Shown one piece after another: positions 21,990-32,449 of a DNA stretch of 32,449 bases. The notes beneath the pieces were generated by a model, which saw only the letters and a program-made list of their open reading frames with translations, ran no database searches and was not told the DNA's origin. The first letter of the stretch is position 1. Each line of letters begins with the position of its first letter. The DNA is from Octopus bimaculoides (Eukaryota): NCBI RefSeq assembly GCF_001194135.2, contig NC_068992.1:12123915-12156363 (forward strand), in the 5' to 3' direction. Both the position numbers and the translations under genes were made by a program.

Positions 21990-24700
21990 TTGAAAGCCTT
22001 GAAAACTTGCTCAGAAACTTCCAGCTGTCTGAGAGATACCGACTGGATTTCCTTGATGAGCCAATGTGGACATGGAGTAACCACAACGAGGTATCCAGAT
22101 CTTATCGGGATAGAGACTTTGTTAGGTAGGAGAATAGGAGTAGCGTAGGTTGTCCATAATTCAAATTGATCGGCTATACAGACCACAAATTTATAATCTG
22201 CACAGTCAATGTAGATAGGACTGGTAGACAGAGATCCGGTTACTGGAAGTTGTACACGTACTTACGTGTACGCAAACACTACTGGGACCAGATTAGCAAA
22301 GCAGATAAACCACAGTTGACATGGTCAATCGTCAACAACCAGTGATGATTGCTTTGAAGAGGGCGAATAAAGTAGAATCGATAGTGTTTAGCAAAGAAAT
22401 AGCTATAGAAAGAAATAGATTAGAGAGAGAACTAGTTGACAAACTAAGGCATCGCAACCGACGTGCTAGCCGCGAGAATGGCCCTTCACCATTTCTTTGA
22501 GGCAAACGCTGGGTTGTTAGAGCGAAGGCTCGTGCACCCAAATGCAAATGAACTGAAACCTTCCGATGGTCCCAAACTGTGAGGATGCGATGTGGCAACA
22601 AGACCACGATCAGAGCTTTGACGGATCAGTTACAAGTAGATATGTGCAACTTTCCCCGTAGCACTTCGCGCAGCTGTTTGAGGAAAACAAAGGGTCGACG
22701 GTAGCGAAATGTTGTTGTTACCTGGACGGCCTACCTCGGCTGTTGCCAGCGGATGCGAGGTGCTGCGCAAAACCAATAACGGCCTCTGAAATACGGGACG
22801 CGATGAGAGATTGCACAAATCGTAAATATCCCGGTTTGGATGGTGTGCCTTATGAATTCTCTGTGTTCGTGCCAGAGTTTTCACGACCTCTTGGCAGACG
22901 TCTACTGTAACTCGCAACGGAGCGCGAACATTCTTACTGCTATTAGCCGGTGTGTAGTATCAATACTGAGGAAGGACGCCAACAATAGGTACATTCCAGG
23001 ACATTTTCGGCCCATAAGTCTGCTAGATAGAGTGTAAGATTATGTTGACGGCGTTAGCGAAAAGGTTAGCGTTTGTAGTCGGTAGTCTGGGCAAAAAAGC
23101 GTAAACGTGCTCAATCACACATGTCCAATCACAACAACCTCCACTTTATGCGATATATCATAGTGAGGGCTGGGACTAAACCTGGCTTTGGTAGGGTGCT
23201 GATCAATTTGGATCGGTCGAAGCAATCGACAGGATCGACCATCGCTACTTGGAAGCCGTTCTGAAAGCGACCAGTTTTGGACCTGTTTTAGTGAGTGCAA
23301 TACACACCTATCAGGACCGTTTCGCATTTCACGCTCAGTCTATCAAAGCTGCCCGCTATCACCTCTTCTGCACATAGTGGCTGTCGAACCACTGCTGCGG
23401 AAGTTGAAACAGTTGAGGTGTTATTCCTTTCAAACAGGAACACGAGAGGGCAGTGTCGGAATACGCGGACGACGTCACTGTAATGGTGTCGGACGCCCCC
23501 GAAATGGAAACAGTCAGCTCCATTCTAAAGGAATATGAGTTGTTTGCAGGGGCCAAAATCAACGTAGACAAGTCGGTGAACTTGCGACTAGGAGAGACAG
23601 ATCGATGTTGTCGAACGACAGCGGCGGGCACTGGACTGACGGACCAATTAAACTGCTCGGGGTCTGGTTCGCTCCCGACTTCCAAGTAGATAAGAACTAG
23701 GACGAGGTGACGTGCAGGTTCAGCAGTCTTACCCAGAAATGGACAGAGAGGAAGCAGTTCCTGAAAGGTCGGGCAGAGGTGGCGAATGCTTACTTCCCCT
23801 CCGTCATCATTTATCGCCTGACCGTCATGTTGTGCTCCAGTTACTGCTTGATCAGGCTGGAGCGTATCTTATTTAATTTTTTTGTGGAGGGAAAGCGTTC
23901 CAATCGTCAGACGGTCAGTCTGCCACCAGCACCATCTACCTAGTAGCTTAGGTTTCTTATTCGCATACATGCACTAAGGTTGTGCCATCTGCAACGATTT
24001 TTGGACAGTGAACGCGCGTGGGTTCCGTTTGTGAGGCACGTCTTGGTGCAGTTGATCTCTTTGAAAGAGCTGCAGTCGTGGTGAAGAAAGACCGAGAGAC
24101 TGAGCGCTTAGTACCTCGAGTGTAGCTAGGCGCTCACAGTCGAGGAATGGGATCGGTGGATGTTCCACTGTAGCAAACTACATAGGAGTAGTGGTGGAGA
24201 AGTGCGATGACGTCCTCGTGGAGACACTGAGTGCCGACAAAAACGAACCGTTTGGTTGTTCTGGAAGACTTTCCAGTCGGGGAATACAATGCATAAATTT
24301 CAGATGTTCTTAGCCTGGCAGTGCTACCGACGGTCTATATCGGTTCGAGATAAACTCAACAGAATGGATATGCTGTCAAACCGGCCTGTCTCAAGTGCGT
24401 GCTGAACGGCGAAACCGTTTTGCACAGTTTCCTGGCATTGCTGTCTCTGGGCTTATGTGGGACAGCTGGTCTTGCGCATGGAATGGACCAGTCTATCGGC
24501 CGAGTCTATACTGATGTCTAGCTCGCCACGCTCCTTAAGTCGGGCAGGTAGGTAATGCACTTTTCCTTTGCCTGGTGGCTGTGGTGTAAAAGGTAGTCTG
24601 ATGTATGAGGCCTAGGCTGTGTTCCTCGTCCGTTGCTGTGGGTGGGCATGCCACCACAGCAACGGAGGGGAAAAAATTCTTCGTGAAATTTGGTGTGGCA
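21990..24700 (+). pseudogene. Decayed L1/Tx1-clade LINE ORF2 (partial APE endonuclease, reverse transcriptase, C-terminal CCHC)
   Basis: Motif remnants across shifting frames: WTWSN..SRSY.DR, DHKF, GYWKL, PGLDGVPYEF, FRPISLL, EYADDVTV (23462-23473 = YADD), GAKINVDKS, LKGRAEVAN, C..C...ETV.H. Many stops and frameshifts. Confidence 0.85.
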
Positions 24701-25126
24701 TTTTTGCCAATTTAATTCTACATGTGAATTTACTATTACGGAGAATGTGAACTTTTGAATTGTTTCAATTTTCGTGAAATTTGATGTGGCATTTTTTGCC
24801 AAATTTGAACATTCTCTGTGGATTTACCCTGCATTGCGGAGTGTGTCAAGAAGAGAACTCAGACAGCTGGAATACCGGTTGAAGTGAACTTTTTTGTTCA
24901 GAAAATAGGATTCCAGCCGGAACTTTTCTTTTTTCTCATTTTTTAAATTTCTTCTTCTTCCAATTTTGGTTTTCCTTTTGTTCTTTTTTCCTTTTCCTTT
25001 TCTCTTTTCTCATTTCTTCTTTCTTATTTTTTCTTTTATACGAACTGTGTTTATATTCCTTTGAACTTTTTGAACTTTTGAACTTTTTTAAATGCATGGC
25101 AAAGGAACGCTGCCCTGGAGTGAGAA

Positions 25127-25724
25127 TTGTGCCCACCCAAGCAGTGGTTGGATGAGATGGAGAAGAGGGCAGTGGTCATGCGGACCTATTGTAGGTCACG
25201 CAATACCATTGCCCTCTTCAACAAAGAGGTTGTTGAAAGAGAGCTGGCAATTTGTTTGCCAGCGAAGAAATTTTTTGTCTCGAGTGGGGGAGGAGTCAAG
25301 TTCGCAACGGTGTGGTTCCCCTGAGGAAGCTGCAAAAGCGGTCAGCCGGCCTCTGCAGGGGGAGGAAATTTTGTCCCTCCCCTCTTACTGCGGAAGGAGA
25401 ACAATTAGAGCCTGGGTTTATAGACTACCCCCATGGGCCAAGGCCGAGTGGATCACTGATACCATCCGGCAGGGCTTGGGGGACAGTGGACCCTGGCTCC
25501 TTAATGTTCACATGTCACCTGCGGTCTACTGGGAGGGCGCCAAGTCGACATTGACTTTGTGGACTCCAGTGGCCGTAGAGGACATGTGCTTCCCTGATTT
25601 CCTGAAGATGGCCGGGTCCAGCTACTCCATGATAATTGAGGGTCCCCCCCACCAATGTCATCTGTGCCTGGAACTTGGCTACATAAAAAAGAACTGCCCC
25701 GAGGGCCAAGGTAAGGCCCCGTAG
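25127..25724 (+). pseudogene. Frameshifted gag-like ORF1 of an L1/Tx1-type element
   Basis: ORF 25127 (...VKFATVWFP) joins the ORF 25092 frame (EEAAKAV...WVYRLPPWAKAEWI...CHLCLELGYIKKNCP). Ends in a CX2CX4(H>Y)X4C zinc-knuckle remnant. Confidence 0.65.
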
Positions 25725-26703
25725 CAAAAGAAAAAAGAAAAGGTGCCCTGGATCTATTTCAAAACGGGGGCACCAGTATTTTCTTAACGAAACACTAACG
25801 AAACACTTTGAAACTTGGGACACTGGTAGAATGTGTCATATAAAACATCTTTTACTCTTAGTCTTCTTAACAAAAAAGCGTACATCGCAAGTTATTCCAT
25901 GTTAAAGTTGTCGTATTTCTGTGATTTCAACCAATCACTGACGTCTATTCAGCTGAATAGTGTTACTGCTGGGTGGTCATAAAAAATGTTATTCCCTGTG
26001 ACATATTTCATCCGGTTTAATCGTAATTTATACGCATATATTGTTTATATAATAAATTATGCTGTGCGTATCTATGTGTGTAACAATTTTAGAGTTCGGA
26101 TTCTAGAGNNNNNNNNNNNNNNNNNNNNNNNNNNNNNNNNNNNNNNNNNNNNNNNNNNNNNNNNNNNNNNNNNNNNNNNNNNNNNNNNNNNNNNNNNNNN
26201 NNNNNNNNNNNNNNNNNNNNNNNNNNNNNNNNNNNNNNNNNNNNNNNNNNNNNNNNNNNNNNNNNNNNNNNNNNNNNNNNNNNNNNNNNNNNNNNNNNNN
26301 NNNNNNNNNNNNNNNNNNNNNNNNNNNNNNNNNNNNNNNNNNNNNNNNNNNNNNNNNNNNNNNNNNNNNNNNNNNNNNNNNNNNNNNNNNNNNNNNNNNN
26401 NNNNNNNNNNNNNNNNNNNNNNNNNNNNNNNNNNNNNNNNNNNNNNNNNNNNNNNNNNNNNNNNNNNNNNNNNNNNNNNNNNNNNNNNNNNNNNNNNNNN
26501 NNNNNNNNNNNNNNNNNNNNNNNNNNNNNNNNNNNNNNAGGCAGGTGCCTCCACAAAAAGAAAAGGAAAGGTGAGCAACGACAGTTGCACACCAGTAAAG
26601 ACTGCGGGAGAAGAGGAGGGCCCCTCAGGCGTGGTCATTTTCAAGTGTCAAAATGCTAGCTTCTCCATTCAGCACTGAGACAACATAAAGTAGTGTCGTA
26701 ATA

Positions 26704-26877
26704 ATGGCGAAAAGTAAAGAACTCACAAGTTCAGTGAAAAACTTAATTATTGAACAGTGGAAAGCAGGTAAAAGTTACAGGAAAATATCAGAGACCCTTT
26801 GTATTCCATTTTCTACCATATCTTCATTTATTCAAAGATATAAAAAATCGGGAACTGTTGAAAACAGAATGAGATCC
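26704..26877 (+). mobile_element. Tc1/mariner transposase N-terminal paired-like HTH fragment
   Basis: MAKSKELTSSVKNLIIEQWKAGKSYRKISETLCIPFSTISSFIQRYKKSGTVENRMRS matches the Tc1 M.KSKEL...GKSY..I...L....ST...I..Y...G.V.N..RS pattern. No DDE domain follows. Confidence 0.85.
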
Positions 26878-26899
26878 AATACTCGGGATATTCCGTTAT

Positions 26900-27030
26900 C
26901 AAAATATGGGAAATTCGAAATCTTATAGCTGTTTCTGGGATATCCCCGAGGATGGGATACTCCGTCATCTGATGACGGAATATCCAATACTCGAAGATAT
27001 TCCAGAAACGACTGTAAGATTTTCAATTTC
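26900..27030. repeat. Head-to-head inverted pair of a ~60-nt motif with a hammerhead-like core
   Basis: Palindrome TCCGTCATC-T-GATGACGGA centred on 26970. Each arm reads C(T/A)GATGA-C-stem-loop-A-GAAAC..T.TAAGATTT. Confidence 0.7.
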
Positions 27031-28049
27031 TTCCCTATAATAATATTGTATATGACTGAGATGTTTGCCTCGCCTTAATGTTTGACGTCGTGTTAAACAA
27101 TTACATAAATGTGTGTGTGTGTGTATGTGTGTATGNNNNNNNNNNNNNNNNNNNNNNNNNNNNNNNNNNNNNNNNNNNNNNNNNNNNNNNNNNNNNNNNN
27201 NNNNNNNNNNNNNNNNNNNNNNNNNNNNNNNNNNNNNNNNNNNNNNNNNNNNNNNNNNNNNNNNNNNNNNNNNNNNNNNNNNNNNNNNNNNNNNNNNNNN
27301 NNNNNNNNNNNNNNNNNNNNNNNNNNNNNNNNNNNNNNNNNNNNNNNNNNNNNNNNNNNNNNNNNNNNNNNNNNNNNNNNNNNNNNNNNNNNNNNNNNNN
27401 NNNNNNNNNNNNNNNNNNNNNNNNNNNNNNNNNNNNNNNNNNNNNNNNNNNNNNNNNNNNNNNNNNNNNNNNNNNNNNNNNNNNNNNNNNNNNNNNNNNN
27501 NNNNNNNNNNNNNNNNNNNNNNNNNNNNNNNNNNNNNNNNNNNNNNNNNNNNNNNNNNNNNNNNNNNNNNNNNNNNNNNNNNNNNNNNNNNNNNNNNNNN
27601 NNNNNNNNNNNNNNNNNNNNNNNNNNNNNNNNNNNNNNNNNNNNNNNNNNNNNNNNNNNNNNNNNNNNNNNNNNNNNNNNNNNNNNNNNNNNNNNNNNNN
27701 NNNNNNNNNNNNNNNNNNNNNNNNNNNNNNNNNNNNNNNNNNNNNNNNNNNNNNNNNNNNNNNNNNNNNNNNNNNNNNNNNNNNNNNNNNNNNNNNNNNN
27801 NNNNNNNNNNNNNNNNNNNNNNNNNNNNNNNNNNNNNNNNNNNNNNNNNNNNNNNNNNNNNNNNNNNNNNNNNNNNNNNNNNNNNNNNNNNNNNNNNNNN
27901 NNNNNNNNNNNNNNNNNNNNNNNNNNNNNNNNNNNNNNNNNNNNNNNNNNNNNNNNNNNNNNNNNNNNNNNNNNNNNNNNNNNNNGAGAGAGAGAGAGAG
28001 AGAAAGAGTGAAGATGGAGAGTGTACATATACAGGAACACACACATATA

Positions 28050-28082
<33 letters not shown>

Positions 28083-28499
28083 ACACACGCACGTATATAT
28101 TTATACTTCTAAGTAATTTAGCTCTTCCATCATTTAGGAAATTCCAGTATTTTCTCTTATGTGCTACACTCCCTGAACTCAAATTTATCTTTCGTTAGTT
28201 TACACTGCCACCAGAAGTCCATTTCATCTATGCCTTCTCCTAAAGACTATAGTCTACATTAGTATTCGCTCTCTACTTGCATACTTTTGCTTTTTTGTCT
28301 TTAACATTAATAAGTTTACTTAGCATCCACCTATACCAATGCGTTGTTATCTCCAATATTTCCATGGCTAAATAACTGGGTATGTGCTGGTGTGTAACAG
28401 CCCGACCACCGAGAGACAGATGTTCACCAGAGACTAATTTATACAGTTTTTGCTTCAATCACAATTTGAGCGACGCACAGAGCAATACATATTCACAAT

Positions 28500-28956
28500 C
28501 TCTAACTCTTTTATTTGCTTCAGTGATTTGGCTGCGGCCATGCTAGAGCGCCACCTCAAAGGAGTATTTTTCTTGGTTCATCAAATTAACCCCAGGACTT
28601 ATTCTTTCAAAACCTTGTACTAATACTACCGGTCTATTTTGCCGAACCGCTAACTTACGAGGATGTAAACACACCAAAATCGGTTCTCAAGCGATGGTGG
28701 TGGTGTGTGTATGTGGGGGGGGGGGACAAACATATACACACAGACATACACACAAATATATGACCGTTGACTGAACACTATTCAATTCTTTTTCTCCGTG
28801 TTTTTCTCCTTGTCTCCGTATTCTTTCTGTTAAAGAGCGTAGCTCGAAACATTAAAGACTTTCCGTATTCCCGAGCGTCATACTAATACACCCTTTTGTT
28901 GTTTACACCACCTGTCCTCGTCTGTTGTTGTTTTTTCGTACATTCTCCCCCCCCCC

Positions 28957-28999
<43 letters not shown>

Positions 29000-29160
29000 T
29001 ACGGATTTCTTCCAATTTCCATCTACCAAATTCGCTCATAAGGCTTTGGTCAGCTGAAGTTATAGTAGAAGACACTTGCCCAATGTGCCACGAAGTGTGA
29101 CTGAACCCGGAACCATGTGGTTGGGAAGCAATATTCTTACCACACACCCACGTCTGCACC
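28500..29160 (-). mobile_element. tRNA/core-type SINE interrupted by a nested repeat at ~28765-28960
   Basis: Minus strand head GTGTGGTAAGAATATTGCTTCCCAACCACATGGTTCCGGGTTCAGTC, core GGCACATTGGGCAAGTGTCTTCTACTATA, and 3' body ...GCTCTAGCATGGCCGCAGCC. Related fragments occur at ~15097-15140 and ~18821-18906. Confidence 0.65.
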
Positions 29161-29237
29161 TATATACGCAGAAACATACGCAGGAACACACGTAGACACA
29201 TGCATACCGAGACACACACTCTCAAACATATGCTTAC

Positions 29238-29460
29238 TCACATACATACATACATACACACATACATACATACATACATCTATACATACATCTATACATA
29301 CATACATATATACATACATACAGACATACATACATACATACGTTCATACATACATACATACAAACATACAATCATAGATACGTACAGAAATACATGCTGA
29401 CGTATATACATACAACTATACATGCATTACATACATACATGCATGCATACATACATAGAT
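29238..29460. repeat. (TACA)n microsatellite upstream of paralog C
   Basis: Direct reading. Confidence 0.9.
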
Positions 29461-29559
29461 ACATACATATGCATCGAAGCACACTTACAGGCAGACAGAC
29501 AAACTAAAATGAGCAAGACGGTAAGTTTTGTGTATGATTTGTTATTATTTTGTCACTTA

Positions 29560-29690
29560 GAAAAGACGCTGTTGTTGCTATTTACCATAGAAGCGGCATT
29601 CTTTAAACGCTAACGAAAGAAATGTTCCTGCTATAAACGGAAATTGCAAAATAACACAAGTGAAAGCTTCGAAAATATTCGAGAAGAAAT
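29560..29690 (+). promoter_or_regulatory. Conserved upstream / 5'UTR block of paralog C
   Basis: Homologous to 8532-8652; homology stops abruptly 5' of GAAAAGACG. Confidence 0.4.
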
Positions 29691-32449
29691 ATGAAACATT
29701 TACGTTTACTTTTTATACTATTCAATTTTTTGCCTTCAAATAATGGGAAATATTTTATTAGGTTTAAAGGAGAGCATTTCCCCCCACGTAGCATTCCTTC
29801 TAATCCACTAGATCTCTACTATTCTGTCCCATTAAATCAAACGATTAGCAAACCAATAATTGCCGTGATACATTATGAGAACGGGAATCTGTTACCACCA
29901 AAACCACCATCAAACCTAACAGCAAAGGTGACATCATTGGATGTTAAAACAGCTGAAAACAGTTCTCATTCAGACACTTGGGCTGAGAGTGGAGGTAGAT
30001 TGTGTCAGAAAACAGCATGGTGGCTGGGTTATCCGGAGAGATTAAATAGAGAGTATGCGAAAACCCGATGTGGATCACCGAATTCTAAAGTTGAATTGAA
30101 CATTGAAATATTCAAAGGAGAAATAATAATTGACTGGATCTACCATGAACATACAATATTACCGCCTGGCCCACGTTTGCTGAGAATTGAGGTCCCCAAA
30201 TATCATGCAAAAACTGACACTAATCCAATACGTATTACAGTTCCTGCACATCATTTGCGAGTTACCAAGCAACCGCCTGCATCAGTAAAGGCGAACCATA
30301 ATTTCGATGTTGAGGTCGAAATTCGCGATAGCAGCGATGAACGAGTAGAAGACGGTCTTGATTCGGTGGCTTTTGTTATATTAACAGTTCCGTATGACTA
30401 TAAGAAATTCTATGCCGACAAAAAGAAAGAAATGATTTTAGCTGTGACAGAAATTACGCTGGACGCTGATGAATTTTTGTTACATCTCAACACACGAGAT
30501 TTGTCAATTCGTAAACAAGCGGAGAAGGGTAAAGTTGCTTTCCGAACTGTTCGAATTTTAGAAGCAGTCTATCATTTTCAGTTAAACATAACGATGACAA
30601 TGGCACGTGATCCTTTTACTAGAATTCCATCTTGTCCGTCTTGCTATATCGATTTTGATCACTATAAAATTTCAGATGATCGCAAATATTATCTGTTCAC
30701 TCGCGTGACAGGTGCGAAACAGGTGCATATATTACCTATGGTTTTCACGTCTCTAATGAGAATCGAGGTTCAGCGTATAAAGAAATTAGTTCTCGATGAA
30801 AACGTGATGGAAAGATGGGATAAAATTCGAGATCACGCAACGAATAGAATCCCTATATTACTAAGTACCTTCATCCCTGGTAGATTTTCTCTTATTGCGT
30901 TGGATAGCGATGGGCGTCGAGTATATTCTGAGCCAGATTCAAATCAACATTTAGTGCTTGATAGTATCCCAACTGGAGTTTGTATATCTCCTGACAGTGT
31001 TACTGAATTAAAAAGGGGAAGGTCGCTAATATACATATCAATATGCCACATAATTGACAAGGTGCAATTAAAATTTTCACTTGAAAACAATTTCCAAATT
31101 TCATATACAACACCAGAGTTTACCGTCCTAGGTAATATTTCAATTGTCCACCTTGGAGATCTTCACTACAGTGGGTCTGGAGAAAACGTTGATTCTCACG
31201 TAAATACTTTCATTCGACTTGCTGTAAATGACATCAACAATGGAATAATAGCTCCGTATTTGAAAAACAAGGGCATATGGTTCAGTGTAAAAAGCGTTGA
31301 TACCAAGAACGATATATCGACTGCTTACAAAAAATTAATGGATTTGACTTCAGAAACTAATTTACTTCGTTATGATAGTATACGCTTAGTGATAAGTAGT
31401 GTGTCAACAGATATCTCTGAAGCAGTGTACCCATTACTTCTGAAAGGGCGTATACCATTTATTTCAACAGCTAACATTGGACTTGATAACACCTTTCACA
31501 AAAAGTACAGATATCTCAACAGAGTTTGCTGGACAGAAGATGCACTAATTAACTCAGTACTTCTGGCCTCGAAAGAACGCAGATGGTTTAAGATAATAAT
31601 GATCCGTTATGAAGAAACTCGTGTGAGCCCTCGGTTTTACGTCTACATGAAAAGATATGGAATTAAACGTGTCGGACTTATTGTCCTACCGATTGTTAAA
31701 CCTAATCAAAATATTAGAGCGGCTGACAGATATTACTCATCACAAATGGTACGCGTTTCAACTATGGGTGGTAAAATAATATTTTTTTTTGCCCCAAGGT
31801 CTATTCAACCCATTGTTTTACACGGAGCATTTTTGAGTGGCATCTCTTCGATGCATGGTTTTCAATGGGTGTTATTTGGTGAACATGTCTGGCATTTCCC
31901 TTTTGATAATGAAGGTATATGCAGCAAGACAAAAAAATGTACTGAAGCATTTGCAGGCACGTATTTATTTAGTGAACAATATAATATAAGCGGCTATAGT
32001 TCATCGGACTGGTTTCGAGTATTCGGTAATTGGTTTGCAGCCGACAAAACTATGTACAAAGGCGGAAGTGTAAGCTACAGACCCAACTATATTGGTGCAA
32101 GAATGGGGCTTGGATACGATGCTGTGCATCTTTATGCAGACATGCTGGCAAAAATCCTTCGTCAACATCTGACAGCAACCGGTAGACTACAAGCAGATCA
32201 ATTACGAAATCTAAAGATCCATGGTTTGACTTCTGACCTTGAACTTGATAAGAATGGAAACCGCATTGGTTACTTTGGATTTTTAGCGCAAATTAATCCC
32301 AAAACTAATCGAACAAGTTCAGGTGAAGAAAGAGTCCTAGAATTTATAAGGTTCTTCCGGCGACTCAACCATTCTGCTCAGCTAGAAATACCATATTTTG
32401 CAAAAGGAGATTACGAAAGCTTTGACACTGAGGCTCTGTCTGCACTACC
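29691..32449 (+). CDS. Receptor guanylyl cyclase paralog C, intronless, truncated by the window edge after 919 codons (extracellular region only visible)
   Basis: Uninterrupted frame from ATG 29691 (MKHLRLLFILFNFLPSNNGKYF...) to the window end. Collinear with paralog B with no indels seen outside B's gap. Contains DSHVNTFIRLAVNDINNG and MGLGYDAVHLYA (ANF-receptor-like hallmarks). TM and cyclase lie outside the window, so identity rests on paralogy. Confidence 0.9.
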   Translation, partial: MKHLRLLFILFNFLPSNNGKYFIRFKGEHFPPRSIPSNPLDLYYSVPLNQTISKPIIAVIHYENGNLLPPKPPSNLTAKVTSLDVKTAENSSHSDTWAESGGRLCQKTAWWLGYPERLNREYAKTRCGSPNSKVELNIEIFKGEIIIDWIYHEHTILPPGPRLLRIEVPKYHAKTDTNPIRITVPAHHLRVTKQPPASVKANHNFDVEVEIRDSSDERVEDGLDSVAFVILTVPYDYKKFYADKKKEMILAVTEITLDADEFLLHLNTRDLSIRKQAEKGKVAFRTVRILEAVYHFQLNITMTMARDPFTRIPSCPSCYIDFDHYKISDDRKYYLFTRVTGAKQVHILPMVFTSLMRIEVQRIKKLVLDENVMERWDKIRDHATNRIPILLSTFIPGRFSLIALDSDGRRVYSEPDSNQHLVLDSIPTGVCISPDSVTELKRGRSLIYISICHIIDKVQLKFSLENNFQISYTTPEFTVLGNISIVHLGDLHYSGSGENVDSHVNTFIRLAVNDINNGIIAPYLKNKGIWFSVKSVDTKNDISTAYKKLMDLTSETNLLRYDSIRLVISSVSTDISEAVYPLLLKGRIPFISTANIGLDNTFHKKYRYLNRVCWTEDALINSVLLASKERRWFKIIMIRYEETRVSPRFYVYMKRYGIKRVGLIVLPIVKPNQNIRAADRYYSSQMVRVSTMGGKIIFFFAPRSIQPIVLHGAFLSGISSMHGFQWVLFGEHVWHFPFDNEGICSKTKKCTEAFAGTYLFSEQYNISGYSSSDWFRVFGNWFAADKTMYKGGSVSYRPNYIGARMGLGYDAVHLYADMLAKILRQHLTATGRLQADQLRNLKIHGLTSDLELDKNGNRIGYFGFLAQINPKTNRTSSGEERVLEFIRFFRRLNHSAQLEIPYFAKGDYESFDTEALSAL

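Noticed and set aside
28273-28458. 61-aa minus-strand ORF
   Set aside because: No recognisable motif; short and located among repeats.

Overview
AT-rich, microsatellite- and SINE-dense animal genomic DNA with 7 assembly gaps. The repeat families and composition look octopus/cephalopod-like (inference). The core content is a cluster of three paralogous, apparently intronless receptor (transmembrane) guanylyl cyclase genes. Gene A lies on the minus strand (ATG 3749, runs off the left edge). Gene B is on the plus strand (8653-13670) and is split into two ORFs only by a mis-sized N gap. Gene C is on the plus strand (ATG 29691, runs off the right edge). A and C are missing from the supplied ORF track because they have no stop codon in the window. 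The architecture is unusual: signal peptide, a ~480-aa region with probable Ig-like beta-sandwich modules, an ANF-receptor/periplasmic-binding-type domain, three 6-Cys EGF-like repeats, a TM helix, a pseudokinase, a hinge and a GTP-specific cyclase. B and C are a mosaic of near-identical and strongly diverged blocks. The intergenic DNA holds tRNA-derived SINEs (two with clear TSDs), a pile-up of elements in (TTA)n tracts that includes an R4/Dong-like RLE 3' end, a decayed L1/Tx1-type LINE, a Tc1 transposase fragment, a 69-bp-arm hairpin and degenerate hammerhead-like motifs.
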